The notes: generated by a model from the letters alone, not told the origin. DNA of 64,000 bases from the human T2T-CHM13v2.0 reference genome, Homo sapiens (GCA_009914755.4 CP068257.2:288001-352000), one strand, 5' to 3'; shown: positions 12,801-27,315, numbered from the stretch's first letter. Numbers and translations are program-made.

Positions 12801-15800
12801 ACCATCTCCTTAATGCTGTCCTTCTGATAGTGAGTTAACTTCATGATTTTGGAGCTGTGAGATTGAATGAACACTGACGTACTGGATTTTGGATGTCCAT
12901 TGGGCCTGTGGTCCCATTTGTCTTATTTTTCTTGGAAATTTCTTCCCTTTGGATTAAGAAAGTTTACCCAGTACCTGTACCATCATTGTACCTTGAAAGA
13001 AACAAACACCCTTTTAACTTCAGGGACTTATAGGTAGAAGAGACTGTAGCCTTGTCTCAGATGAGACTTAGAACTTTTTACATTTGAGTTAATGCAGGAA
13101 GGAGTTAAGCCTTTTGGAAACTTTTGAAAAGACATGATTGTATTTTATTCTGTGAAAAGGATATGAGATCTAGGGGGTCAAGGTCAGCATAATATGATTT
13201 GGCTGTGTGCCCCTGGAAAAACTCATGTGGAATTGTAATCCCAAATCTTGGAGGTGGGGCCTGGTGGGAGATTATTTAATCATGGATGGGAGGGGTAGGG
13301 GTGGAAGAAAAAAGCGGTGGGTAGGGTGGGGAAGAATAGGCTGGCTGTAGGGCGGTGGGAGGGTGATGGATAGTAGGAAGGGGGAGTAGCCTGCTGCAGA
13401 GGCAGAAGCTCATGGAAAACCTCTACCAGGGCAGTGCACCTGTGGCTTTGCAGGCTTTAGCCCCCATGGCTGCTCTCATGGGCTGGGCTAGTGTTGAGAG
13501 CCTATCACTTTTCCATACTGAGGGTGGGAACTGTTGGTAGGTCTATGAATCTGGGATCTCGAGGATGGTGGCCTCCTGCATAGTCAGTCAAAGCCCTTAT
13601 TTTCCTTCTGCACTGCCATAGTACAGGATTCCCAAGAGCCTCTGCCTCTGCAGCAGGCTTCTGTCTGGAACAGTAGGAGGTGGAGCTGTGTTGGTGGGTT
13701 GGATCCTTCACCAATGGTTAAGCACCATCTTCTTGATGCTGACCTAGTGATAGTGAGTTCTCATGAGATCTGGTTATATAACGGTGTGGCACCTCTTTCC
13801 TCTCTCAGCCTTGCTCCTACTCCTGCCGTATGAAACATTTCATTGTTGTTTTCCTACTGGTGTGATTGGGAGGCTTCCTGAGTCCTCCCAGAAGCAGAAG
13901 CAGAAGCCACTATGCTTTCTTTACAGCCTGCAGAACCATGAGCCAATTAAACCCCTTTTCATTATGATCATACAGAAAATAAAGTACTGCGAAGTGGAGC
14001 TATGAAATATCTTCAGTGACATTTCCCCATCGTCTTGGCTATTAGCACTGGACTTCTTTTTAATGCAAATATCTGAAGCCGTCTTGAAGTTTCCCCCTGA
14101 AAATGGACTTCTTTTTCTTATACGTTGTCAGGCTGCAACAAAGATAGCTGAAAATGTAAAGCAGATTCAGAAGTGGGTAACAGCCAGAGGTTGGAGAGTT
14201 TGGAGAGCTTGAAAGAAGACAGGAAGATGAAAGAAATTTTGGACCATCGTAGGCACTTGTTGAATAGTTGTGATTAAAAGTCTGGCAGAAGGATAGACAG
14301 TGAAGGCCAGGCTTACAAGGTCTCAGATGAAAATGAGGAAATTACTGGGAACAGGAGCCAAGGTTACTTTTGTTTTGCTGTAGCAAAGAACATGGCTGCA
14401 GGGCGACCTTGCCCTCGAGATCTGTGAAACTTTGAACTTGAGGGTGATGATTTAGTGCATATCTGGTGGAATTAACTTCTAGGCAGCATAGCATAAGGGG
14501 GATTCTGTCTGCATCAAACAGCCTGTGCTCTTGTGTGACTGAGGTTATGCGTGACCGAGGAAATGACCTCAAGTTGGAACTTATATTTAAATGACAAGCA
14601 GAGCTCAAAAGTTTAGAACCATTTGCAGCCTGGCCAAGTGGTCAAAAAGAAAAGCTGATTTTCAGGGGGAAAATTCATGAAGGTTCCAGAAATTTGCATA
14701 AAATGGAGGCCAGTGCTAATAGCCAAGACAATGGGGGAAAAAGCCTTGGAGGCATTTCAGAGATGGTTGCAGCAGCCCTTGGTGTCACAGACCCTGGGGC
14801 CTAGGAGAGAAGAATGGTTTCCGGGGCCAGCCCCATGGCCCTGCTGCTGTGTGCAGCCTCAGGATACTGCTGCCTGCATCCCAGCAGCCGCAGCTCCTGC
14901 TCCGACCTTGGCTGAAAGATGCACAGGTACAGATTGCATCACTGCTTCAGAGGGTACAAGCTATAAGGCTTCACGGCTTCCACATAGTCTTAAGCCAGCG
15001 AGTCCATAGAGCACTAGCCCAGAGGCTTCAGAGCCTTCATATAGATTTTGGAAGATGTATGAAAATGCCTGGATGTCCAGACAGAAAGCTGCCAAAAAAG
15101 CAGAGCCTCCTGGGAAACCTCTACTAGGGCAGTGCAGAAGGAAAATATGGGGTTGGAGCCTCCACACTGGAGGCCACCATCATGCAGACCCCAGATTCAT
15201 AGACCCACCAAGAGCTTTGTACCCTCTGTGGGTAAAAACTACAGGCACTCAACACCAGCAAAGCCCATGAGGGCAGCTGTGGGGACTGAAAACTGCAAAG
15301 ACACAGGTGCAGACCTGCCCAAGGCCTTGGGAGTCCAGCCCTCATGCCCTTGTGCCCTGGATGTGGGAGAAGGATTAAAAAAGGATGACTTTGGAGCTGT
15401 AGGTTTGAGTAACTGGCCTGCTGGGTTTTGGATTTTCCTGGGACCTGTAAGTCCCGTTTGTGTTTCGTTGTTCTCTCTGGCAAAAATCTTCCTTTAGGGT
15501 GGGAATTCTTACTCAATGCCTGGACAATCATACCTTGGAAGTAGTTAACTTGCTTTGTATTTCAGAGGCTCAGGAGCAGAAGGGACTGCATCTTTGTCTC
15601 AGATGAGACTTTGGGCTTCAGACATTTAAGTAAATGCTGGAATGAGTTAAGACCTTGGAGGTCTTAGCCAAGACGATGGGGAAAAGTCAATGAAGGCATT
15701 TTCATAGCTTCACTTCACAGTACTAATTTTCTGTATGATCATAACAAAAAGGGGTTTAATTGGCTGATGGTTCTGCAGGCTGTAAAAAAAAGCATAGTGG

Positions 15801-18800
15801 CTTGGGGAATGGTAAGTAAGGCATCACTGTATTTTGCAAAGTGAGAAGGACATGAGATTTGGGGAGGCAGGGACAGAATAAGATTCTGCTGTGTGTCCCT
15901 ATGGAAACTCATGTGGAATTGTAATGAGAAGTGTTAAAATTGGGGCCAGGTGGAAGATGATTTAATCATGGAGGGCACTGGGTGTTGGAAGGTGGAGATT
16001 GGGGAGGATGGGTGGATTACGCTGGTGGTGAGGGGTGAAAAGTGGGGGTGGGGGGGATCCCTCACAAATAGTTAAACACCATCTCCTTAATCCTTTCCTC
16101 ATGATGGTGATTCTCGTGATAGTTTTGGAGCTGTGAGATTTAATGGATACTGGCCTCCTGGGTTTTGGACTTGCATTGGCCCTGCGATCCCATTTGTGTT
16201 ATTTTCCTGGCAAACCTCTACCCTTTGGATTGAGAAAACTTACCCAATGCCTGTACCATCATTGTACCTTGAAAGAAAAGAACTCCCTTTTAAATTCCGG
16301 GACTTATAGGCAAAAGGGACTGCAGCCTTTTCTCAGGTGAGACGTGGAACTTTTTACATTCGAGTTAATGCTGAAATGACTAAAGACTTTTGGCAACTTT
16401 TGAAAAGGCATGATTGTATTTTACTCTGTGAGAAGGATATGATATTTGGGGGATCAGGGTCAGAATAATATGGTTTAGCTGTGTGTCCCTACCTAAACTC
16501 ACATGTAATTGTAATCCCGAATGTTGCAGGTGGAGCCTGGTGGGAAGTGATTTATTCATGGATGGGAGAGGGGTGGGGTTGGAAGTAAAAACAGATGGGT
16601 AAGGTGAGGAGGAGTAGGCTGGCTGTAGGGTGGGGTGTAGCAGGAAGGGAGTAGCCTGCCACAGAGGCAGAGGCTCATGGAAAACCTCTACTAAGGCAGT
16701 GCACCTGTGGCTTTGCAGGGTTTAACACCTGCTGCTGCCCTCATGGGCTGGGCTGGTGTTGAGTGCCTGTAGCTATTCCATACCGGGGGTGTGAGCTGTT
16801 GGTGGGTCTATGACTCTTGGGTCTGGAGGATGGTGGCGTGGGGGCTCCAAGCCCATATTTTCCTTCTGTACTGCCCTAGTAGAGGTTTTCCAAGGGGATC
16901 TGTCTCTGCCTCAGGCTTCTGCTTGGAAACAGTGGGTGGTGGATATGGGGAGGTGGGCGGATCCTTCGCCAATAGTTAAGCACAATCTTCTTGATGCTGA
17001 TCTCCTGATAGTGAGCTCTCATGAGATCTAGTTGTATAACAGGATGTCTCACCTCTTTCCTCTCTCTGTCTTGCTTCTACTCCTGCCATATGAAACATTT
17101 CATTGCCGCTTTGCCTTTTGGTATAATTGGGGGGCTTCCTGAGTCCTCCTACAAGCAGAAACCACTATGCTTTCTTTACAGCCTGAAGAACTGTGCGTCA
17201 ATTAGACCTCTTTTCTTTATGTAGATACAGAAAATTAATGCTGTGAAGTTATGAAATGACTTCTAGGCGTTTCCCCCATTCTCTTGGCTATTAGCATTGA
17301 GCTTTTTTCAATGCAAATATTGGAGGCCATCTTGATGTTTCCCCTGATAATGGACTTTTCTTCTTTTACCACATTGCCAGGCTGCAACAAAGATAGCTGA
17401 CAGTGTAGAAGCAGGTTCCAAATTGGGTAGTGGCCAGAGGTTAGAGAGTTTGGAGAGCTTGGAAGAAGACAGGAAGATGAGGGAAAGTTTGGACGATTGC
17501 AGAGACTTGTTAAATAGTTATGATTAAAAGGCTGACAGAGGATGGATACTGAAGGCCAGGCTTGTAAGGTCTCAGATGAAAATGAGGAACTTACTGGGAA
17601 AAGGAGCCAAGGTTTTTCTGTTTTGCCTTAGCAAAGTAATTGGCTACACAGTGACCCTTCCCGGGAGATCTGTGAAGCTGAACGTGAGGGTGATGATTTA
17701 GGGTGTATCTGGTGGAATGAACTTCTAAGCAGCAAAGCTCAAGAGTTGTCCGGCCTACGTCGAACAGCCTGTGCTCCTATGTGTGATGAAAGAAATGACC
17801 ATAAGTTGGAACTTATATTTAAATGAGAAGCAGAGCTTCAACATTTGGAAAATTTGTAATCTGGACAAATGGTCAAAAAGAAAAGCTGATTTTCAGGGGG
17901 AAAATCAAGAAGCCTTCGGATATTTGCATAAAAAGGAGCCCAGTGCTAATAATTCAAGACAATGGGAAAAAGGCCTTGAAGGCGTTTCAGAGACCTTTGT
18001 AGCAGCCCTTGCTGTCACTGGCCCTGGGATTTAGGAGAAAAGAATAGTTTCCTGGCCCAGCCCCATGGCTCCAGTGCTGTGTGCAGCCTCAGGACACTGC
18101 TGCCTGCATCCCTGCAGCTCCCTTTCCAGCTCCAGCCATGGATGAAAGATGCACAGGTACAGCTTGTGTCATGCTTCAGAGGATGCAAGCTCCAAGCCTT
18201 GGTGGCTTCCACATAGTGTTAAGCCAGCAGGTGCATAAAGCACAGGACTAGAAGCTTCAGAGCCTTGTCTGGACTCCAGAGGATATATCAGAAATCCTGA
18301 GTGTCTAGCCAGAAGCTTTTCCAAGAGGCAGAGCCTCATGGTTAACCTCTACTCGGGCAGTACAAAAGGAAAGTATAGGGTTGGAGTCCCCATACAGGGA
18401 GGCACCATTTTCCAGACCCCAGTTTCATAGACTCACCAGCTGCTTGTACCCTTAGTGTTGAAAAGCTACAGGCACTCAACACCAGCCTAGCCAATGAGGG
18501 CAGCTGTAGGGGGAAAATTCTGCAATGCCACAGGTGCAGAGCTGCCCAAGGCCTTGGGATCCCAGCCATCACACCACCCTGTGCTCTGGATGTGGACATA
18601 GATTCCAAAAAGATGATTTGGAGCTGTATGATGGAATGACTGGCCTGCTGGGTTTTTGACTTGCAGGGGATTTGTAAGTCCCGTCTGTGTTTTGTGCTTC
18701 TTTCTGGGAAATTTCTTCTTTTTGGCTTGGAATGCTTACCCAATGCCTGTACAATCATTGTAACTTGGAAGTGGTTAACTTGCTTTGTATTTCAGAGGCT

Positions 18801-21800
18801 CAGGCCAGAAGATATGACAGCCTTGTCTCAGAGGAGACTTTGGCCTTTGGACATTTGAGTAAATGCTGGGATGAGTTAAGATTTGGGGGACTCTAGGGAA
18901 GGCATCATTGCATTTTGCAATGTGAGAAAGACCTGAACTTTGGGGGACCAGGGACAGAATAATATGTTTTTGCTCTGTGTCTCTACCAAAACTCATGTAG
19001 AATTTTAATGGGAAATGTTAAAGGTGGGGGCTGGTGGAAGGTGATTTAATTATGGTGAAGAGTGGAAGTTAGATGGTTAGGGGGTTGGGGAGGGTTGGGG
19101 AGATTAAGGGGTGGGGAGGGTAGGGGGGATTGTGGTGGGGTTGGGGGTGAAAGACAGGGGTGGGGGGTGGATCCTTCTCAAATGGACATTTGAGTAAATG
19201 CTGGAATGAGTTCAGACATTGGGGGACTGTAGAGAATGCATCATTGTATTTTGCAGTATGAGAAGGATGTGATCTTGGGGGGCCAAAGGGAGAATAATAT
19301 GATTTGTCTCTGTGTCCCTACCAAAACTCATGTGGAATTATAATGGGGAATGTTAAGTATGGGGCTTGGTAGAAGGTGATTTAATCATGGTAGAGAATGG
19401 GGGTTGGAAGGGGGATGTGGGAGAATGGAGGTTCATGGTGTGGGTGAGGGTGAAACATGGGGATGGGTGGCAGATCCTTCACAAATGGTTAAATACTATC
19501 TCCTGAATGCAGTCTGTGTGATAGTGAGTTCTCATGATAAATGAATGCTGTCCTGCTGGGTTTTGGAGCCAGATTGGGCCTGTGTCCCATTTGTGTTATT
19601 TTTCTGGGAAAACCTTCCCTTTGGTTTGAGAAAGCCTACCCAGTGCCTGTGCCATCATTGTAACTTGAAAGAAAAGAATTGTCTTTTACATTCAGGGACT
19701 CATAGGCAGAAGGGATTGCAGCCTTCTCTTGGATGAGACTTGAACTTACTACATTTGAGTTACTGCTGGAATGAGTTAAGACTTTTTGAAACTTTTGAAA
19801 AGACATGTTTGTATTTTTCTGTGTGAGAAGGACATGAGATGTGGGGGTGTCAGGGTCAGGATAATATGGTTTGGCTGTGTTTCCCTACAAAAACTCATGG
19901 GGAATTGTATTCCTGACAGTTGTAGGTGGGGCCTGGTGGGAGGTGATTTAATCACAAATGGGAGGTTGGTAGGGGTGGAAGGGAAAACAAATGGGTAGGA
20001 TGGGGAGGAGTAGGCTGGCAGTAGGGTGGTGAGAGTTTCGTGGGCAGTAGTAAGGGGGAGTAGCCTGCTGCAGAGGCAGAGCCTCATGGAAAACCTCTAC
20101 CAGGGCAGTGAACCTATGGCTTTGCAGGGTGTAGCCCCCATGGCTGCCCTCATAGGCTGGGCTGTTGTTGAGTGCCTGTAGCTTTTCCATACTGAGAGTG
20201 CAAGCTGTTGGTGAGTCTATGAATCTGGGGTCTGAGGATGGTAACCTCCTGTGTGGGGCCTCCAAGCCCATATACTTTTTCTGCTCTGCCCTATTAGAGG
20301 TTTTCCTAGTGGCTCTGCCTCTGCCTCAGGCTTCTGCCTGGAAACAGTGAGGGGTGTGGGTGGTAGGGGGCAGAACTTTCACCAATGGTTAGGCAACATC
20401 TTCTTGATACTGACCTTGTGATAGTGAGTTCTCAGGAAATCTGGTTGTATAACAGGGTTATACAACGTGTGGCACCTTTTTCCTCTCTCTGTTTTGTTTC
20501 TACTTCTGCCATATAAAACATCCCATTCCTGCTTGGTTTCTGGTATGATTGGGAGGCTTCCTGAGTCCTCCCAGAAGCAGAAGCCTCTATGATTTATTTA
20601 AAGCTTGCAGAACCATGAGCCAGTTCAACCTCTTTTCTTTCAGATTATATAGAAAAATAATGCTATAAAGTGGAACTATGAAATGCCTTCAAGGCCTTTT
20701 TCCTATTCTCTTGGCAATCAGCACTCAGCTTCTTTTCAGGCAAATATGTGAAGCCTGCATTAATTTTTCTCCTGAAATGGACTTTTCTTCTTTTACCACA
20801 TTGCCAGGCTGTGACAAACGTAGCTGAAAATGTAGAAGCAGGTTGAGAAGTGTGTAATGGCCAGAGGTTGGAGAGTTTGGAGGTCTTGGAAGAAGACAGG
20901 AAGATGAGGAAAAGTTTGGATCAGTGTAGAGACTTGTTAAATAGTTATAATTAAAAAGGTGACAAAAGGATGGACAGTGATCACCAGGCTTAGAAGGTCT
21001 CACATGAAAATGAGGAGCTTGCTGGGAACAGGAGTCAAGGTCACTTCTGTTTTTTCCTTAGCAAAGAATGTTGCTGCACAATGCCCCTAACCTGGAGACC
21101 TGTGAAATTTTGAACATCAGGGTGATAATTTAGAGTGTATTTTGTGGAATGAAATTTTAGGCAGCAAAGCTTAAGAGGTGTCCTGTCTGTTTCGAACAGC
21201 CTGTGGTCCTATATGTGACAAAAGAAATGACCTCAAGGTTAAACTTGTATTTAAATGAGAAGGAGAGCTTAAAAGTTTGCAAAATTTGAAGCCTGGCCAA
21301 GTGGCCAAAAAGAAAAGCTGATTATCAGTGGGAAAGTTCAAAAAGTCTTCAGAAATGTGCATAAAAAGGAGTTCAGTGCTAATAGCCAATACAATGTTAA
21401 AAAGGTCTTGAAGGCATTTCAGAGACTTTTGCAGCAGCCCTTGCTATCACAGGCCCTGAGGCCTGGGAGAAAAGAATGGTTTCCGTCTCCAGCCCCATGG
21501 CCCCGCTGCTATGTCCATCCTCAGGACACTGCTGGCTGCATTCCTGAGGCTCCAACTCCGGCCTTGGGTGAAAGATGCACAGGTACAGCTTGGGTCACTG
21601 CTTCAGAGGGTGCAAGCTGCAAGCCTTGGTGGCTTCCACATAGTGTTAAGCCAGCAGGTGCACAGAGCACAAAACTAGAGGCTGGGGATCCTTTGTCTGG
21701 ACTACAGAGTATGTATGGAAAAACCTTGGTGTCCAGGTGGAAACTTTTCCAAGAGGCAGAGCCTCCTTTACTTAGGCAGTACAGAAGGAACATATACGTT

Positions 21801-24800
21801 TGGAACCCCATACAGGGAGGCAGCATTCTGCAAACGCCAGATTCATAGACTCACTAGCAGCTTGCACCCTGATTGTGGAAAAGCTATAGGTACTCCACAA
21901 CAGCCCAGCCCATGAGGGCAACTGGGGAGGTTAGACCCTGCAAAGTCACAGATGCAGACCTGCCCAAGGCCTTGGGATCCCAGGCCTCATACCCTTGTGC
22001 TCTGGATATGGGATCTGGATTCAAGAAAAGTGATTTGGAGCTGTAGGAATCAATGACTGGCCAGTTGGGTTGTTGACTTTTATGGGGTCTGTAAGTCCCA
22101 ACTGTGTTTTGTACTTCTTTCTGGCAAATTTCTTCCTTTTGGCTGGGAATACTTACCCATGCATGTACAATCATTGTACTTTGGAAGTGCTTGCTTTGTA
22201 TTTCAGAGGCTCAGGGGTAGAACATATGGCAGCCTTGTGTCAGAAGAGACTTTGGGCTTTGGACATTTCAGTAAATGCTGGAATGAGTTAAGAGATTGAG
22301 AAACTGTAGAGAAGGCATCATTGAACTTTGCAGTGTGAGAACAACATGAGATATGAGGGCCAGGGTCAGAATAATATGATTTGGCTCTGCATCCCTACCA
22401 AACTCATGTGGAATTGTAATGGGGAATGTTGAAGGTGGGGTCTGGTGGGAGGTGATTTCATAATGGAGAAGCATGGGGTTTGGAGGTAGGGCTGTGGGGA
22501 GAATGGGGGAGATTATTTTGTGGGTGGGAGTGAAAGATGAGGGTGGGGGTGCAGATCCTTCACAAATGGGTAAACACTATCTCCTTAATGCTGTTCACAT
22601 GACAGTGAGTTCTCTTGATGATGTTGGAGCTGTGAGATTGAGTGAATACTGTCCTGATGGGTTTTGGACTTGCATTGGGCCTGTGGGCCCATTTGTGTTA
22701 TTTTTCTGGGAAATCTCTTCCCTTTGGACTGAGAAATCTTACACAATGCCTCTACCATCATTGTACCTTGAAAGAAAAGAACTCCATTTTAAATTCAGAG
22801 ACTCATAGGCAGAAGGGACTGTGGCCTTATCTCAGATGAGACTTTGAATTTTTTACATTCGGAGTGAGTTAAGACTTTTGCAAACTTTTGAAAAGTCATG
22901 ATTGTATTTTGCTCTGTGATAAGGACATGAGATTCTGAAACATCAGGGTCAGAATTATATGGTTTGCCTGTGTGTCCTTATGAAACTCATGTGGAATTAT
23001 AATCCCTAATGTTGAAGCAAGTGACTTAATTATGGACAGGAGATTGGTGGTGATGGAAGGTAAAAGGGATGGGTAAGATTGAGAGGAGTGGGTTGGCTGT
23101 AGGGTGTTTGGAGGGTGGGGGGTAGTAGGAAGGGGGAGTAGCCTGCTGCAGAGGCAAAGCCTCATGGAAAACCTCCACTAGGGAAGTGCACCTGTGGCTT
23201 TGCAGGTTTTAGCCCCTCAGCTGTTCTCCTGGGCTGGGCTGGTATTGAGGGCCTGTAGCTTTTCCACACTAAGGGCGTGAGTTTGTGCGTCTATGAATCT
23301 GGGATCTGGAGGTTGGTGGCCACCTGTGTGGGGGCTCCAAGCCCATATTTTCTTTCTGTACTTCCATAATAGAGGTTTTCTAAGAGGTTCTGCATCTGAA
23401 GGAGGCTTCTGCCTGGAAACAGTGGGAGTTGGGGGTGTGGGGCGGATCCTTCACCAATGTTTAAGCACCATCTTCTTGATGCTGACTTTGTGATAGTGAG
23501 TTCTCATGAGATCTGCTTGTATAATGCAGCATGACAACTTTTTCCTTTCTCTGTCTTGCTCCTACTCTTGCCATATGAGACATCTCCTTGCCCCTTGACA
23601 TTCTGGTATGATTGGGAGGCTTCCTGTGTTTTGTCAGATGCAGAAGTCATCATGCTTCCTTACAGCCTGCAGAATCATTAACCAATTAAACCTCTTTTCT
23701 TTGTGATCATTGAGAAAATTATGACTGCAAAGTGGATCTATTAAGTGTCTTCAAGGCCTTCTCCCTAACGTCTTGGCAATCAGCACTCAGCTTCTTTTCA
23801 CTCAAGTATCTGAAGCCTCCTTGACTTCTTCCCCAGAAAATGGGCTTGTCTTCCTTTACCACATTGCCAGCCTGCAACAAAGATAGCTGATAATGTAGAA
23901 GCAGGTTCAGAAGGGGGTAGCAGATGGAGTTTGGGAGAGTTTGGCGGACTTCAAAGACAGGGAGATGAGGGAAAGTTTGGATCTTTGTAAAGAATTGTTA
24001 AATACTTGTGATCAGAAGGCTCACAGGAAAATAGACAGTAAGGATCAGATTGAGAAGCTCTGAGATGAAAAGGAGGAACTTACTGCAAACAGGAGCCAAG
24101 GTTACTTTTGTTTTGCTGTAGCAAAGAACGTGGCTGCACAGTGACCCTGCCCTGGAGATCTGTGAAACTTTGAACTTGAGGGTGATGACTTACTGAGTAT
24201 CTGGTGGAATGAACTTCTGGGCAGCAAAGCTCAAGGGGTGTCCTGTCTGTATCAAATAGCCTGTGCCCTTATGTGTGACTGAGGAAATGACATCTGGATG
24301 GGTCTTACATTAAATCAGTCCCAACTCTTATATTATATGAGAAACAGAACTCAAAAATTTGCAGCCTGGCCAAATGGTCAGAAAGAAAAGCTCATTTTCA
24401 GGGGAAAACTGAGGAAGGCTTCAGAAATTTGCATGAAAAGGAGCCCAGTGCTAATAGCCAAGACAATAGGGAAAAGGCCTTGAAGCCATTTCAGAAACCT
24501 TTGCAGCAGCCCTTGCTATCATAGGCTCTGGGGCCTCAGAGAGAAGAATGGTTTCCTGGGCCAGTTCCATGACCCCCCTCTATATGCAGCCTCAGGACAC
24601 TGCTGCCTTCATCCCTGCAGTTCTAGCTCCAGCCATGGCTAAAAGATGCACAGGTACAGCTTGCATCACTGCTTCAGGGGTGCAAGCTTCAAGGCTTGGT
24701 GGCTTCCACATAGTGTTAAGCCAGCAGCTGCACAGAGCACATAACTAGACGCTTGCAAGCCTTTGTCTAGACTCCAGAGTATGTACGGAAAAACCTGGCT

Positions 24801-26480
24801 GTTCACACAGAATCTTTTCCGAGGCAGAGCCTCACGGGAAACTTTTACTAGGGCAGTACAGAAGGAGCATTTAGGGCTGGAGTCCCTAAATATGGAGGCA
24901 CCATTCTCCAGACTCCAGATTCATAGACCCACCAACAGCTGGCACCCTTAGTATGGAAATGCTACAGGCACTCAACATCAGCCCAGCCCATGAGGGCAGC
25001 TGCGGGGGATAGACCCTGCACAGCCACAGGTGCAGAGCTGCCCAAGGCCTTGGAAGCCCAGGCATCACACACCTGTGCTCTAGATGTGAGATGTAGATTC
25101 AGAAAAGATGATTTGGAGCTATAGGATTCAATGACTGGCCTGCTGGGTTTTTGACTTGCATGGGGTCTGTAAGTCCTTGTACATTTCAGTAAATGCTGGA
25201 ATGAGTTAAGTCATTGGGGGACAGTAGAGAAGTCATCAGTGTATTTTGCAGTGTGACAAGGATACAAGATTTGGGGAGCAAGAGCCAGAATAATATGATT
25301 TGATTCTGTGTCCCTACCAATGCTCATGTGGAATTGTAGTGGGGAATGTTAAAGGTGGGACCTGGTGGGAGGTGATTTAATCATGGAGAAGAGTGGGTGT
25401 TGGAGGTAGGGGTGTGGGGAGAATGGGAGAGATTATTTTGTGGGTGGGAGTGAAAGATGAGGGTGGGGGGCAGATTCTTCACAAATGAGTAAACATTATC
25501 TCCTTAATGCTGTCCGCACGACAGTGAGTTCTCTTGATGATTTTGGAGCTGTGAGATTGAGTAAATACTGTCCTGCTGGGTTTTGGACTTGCATTTGTGT
25601 TATTTTTCTGGGCAACTTCTTCCCTTTGGATTGAGAAGCCTTACCCAATGACTGTTGTACCTTGAAGGAAAAGAAATCCCTTCTAAATTCAGGGACTCAT
25701 TGGCAGAAGGGACTGTAACCTTGTCTCAGATGAGACTTTGAAATTTTTACATTCGGAATGAGTTAAGACTTTTGGAAACTTTTGAAAAGGCATGATTGTG
25801 TTTTGCTCTGTGAGAAGGACATGAGGTTCTGGGGAATCAGGGTCAGAATAATATGGGTTGGCTGTTGGCTGTGTGTCCCTATAAAACTCATGTGTCATCC
25901 TTAATGTTGGAGGTGGGCCAGGTGGGAAGTGACTTAATCTTGGATGGGAGGGGGTTGGGGTGGAAGGAAAAGGAGGGATAGTGTGGGGAGGAGTAGGTTG
26001 TCAGTAGGGTGGTGTGAGGGTGGGAGTAACCTGCTGCAGAGGCAGAGGCTCATGGGAAACCTCTACTAGGAGAGTGCACCTGTGGCTTTGCAGGGAGTAA
26101 CCCCCACAGCTGCTCTCATGGGCTGGGTTGGTGTTGAGTGCCTGTAGCTTTTCCATACTGAGAGTGTGAGCTGTTGGTGGGCTTATTAATCTGGAGTCTG
26201 GAGGATGGTGGCCTCTTGTGTGGGGGCTCAAAGCCTCTATTCTCCTTCTGCACTGCCATAGTGGAAGTTTCCTAAGAGGTTCTGCCTCTGCAGGAGGCTT
26301 CTGCCTGGAAGCAGTGGGCAGTGGTGTGGTTGGAGAATCCTTCACCATTGGTGAGTCTTCTTGATGCTGATCTCCTGATAGTGAGTTCTCATGTGATCTG
26401 GTTGTCTAACAGGATGTCACACCTCTTTCCCCTCTCTGTCTTGCTCCTACTCCTGCCATATGAAACATCTCATTGCCGCT
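9040..26480. repeat. Macrosatellite. A head segment is followed by one internally deleted unit (9898-10861) and five units of 2.8-3.4 kb. Units are built from MaLR LTR (MST/THE1-like)-derived sequence plus unit-specific sequence.
   Basis: Unit landmarks of the form ccatgagccaattaaacc...acagaaaat...gaaaatggact...ttgccaggctg...aagatagctga recur at about 9898, 10861, 13938, 17190, 20617 and 23680. The periods are 3077, 3252, 3427, 3063 and about 2800 bp. MaLR hallmarks include actcatgtggaattgtaatcccaaat, ggaggtggggcctggtgggag, tgatttaatcatgg, gatccttcaccaatggttaagcaccatc, tgatagtgagttctcatgagatctggtt, ggcacctctttcctctctc, and ggaggcttcctgagtcctcccagaagcagaag. Confidence 0.75.
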
Positions 26481-26504
26481 TGGCCTTCTGATATGGTTAG
26501 GAGG

Positions 26505-27315
26505 GGCCTGATCAGTGTGGGCCTGCTCAGTGGACCTACTCAGCTGGGACTTGTCAGTGAGGCCTATTTAGTGGGGGTGGTCAGCAGGGGTCTGCTTAGA
26601 GCGGGTGTCATTAGAGGGATCTAGTAGTGCATGTCTTGGTGAGTGGGTTGATAGTGGCAGACAAATGTTTGGTGTCTGGTCAGTGCCAACCTGGGCTGTG
26701 GGACTCGGTCAGTGGAGACCTTGTCAGCTGGGGCTTAGTGGTGGCCTTGTCAGATTGGGCTGGGTTACTGGTGACTAGGTCAAGGGGCGCTATTCAGTGG
26801 AGGCCTGGTGACATGGGACCTAGTCAGCAGAGACGCTTATCAGTGGGGCCCTGGTCAGGGCAGGCTTGTCCGTGGAACTTAATCAGTGGGGGCCTGGTCA
26901 GAGAGGACTTGATCAGTGGTGGCTTTTGTAGCACTGGTCTACGGGTTGACCTGGTCAGCGGGGATCTGAGCAGTGCGTGCCTGTTCAGTGGGGCGTAGTC
27001 ATTAGGATCCCAGTCAGGGGCATCTTGTCACCTCAGGCCTGGTTAGCAGGGGCCTGGTCACTGGCTGTCTATTCCCTGCAGGCCTGGTCCGTGGGGCTTC
27101 GTCTGTGGGACCAGAAAATGGGGTCATGATCGGTGGAACCTGATCAGTGAGGCCTTGTCAGTAAGGTCCTCGTCAGTGGAGTCCTGGTCATTGTGGGCCT
27201 GGCAGCGGGAATCTAGTTAGTGAGGCCTGGTGATGGGGCTCTAATCAGTGAGGGTGTGGTCAGGGAGGAAGTGATATGCTGGATCTGGTCACCAGGGACC
27301 TGGTCAGTGGGGGCT
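26505..27315. repeat. G-rich minisatellite GGCCTGGTCAGTGGGG(N), locus 2, directly abutting the last macrosatellite unit
   Basis: The same unit as at 5070-5550. The junction reads ggttaggagg|ggcctgatcagtgtgggcctgctcagtgg. Confidence 0.75.

Noticed and set aside
15124-21848. Recurrent 135-163 aa ORFs inside the macrosatellite units, for example 15124-15531(-), 18342-18758(-) and 21357-21848(+)
   Set aside because: Similar ORFs recur in every unit with unit-level divergence, including frameshifts between copies. They derive from LTR-like repeat sequence and show no conserved reading frame across units.
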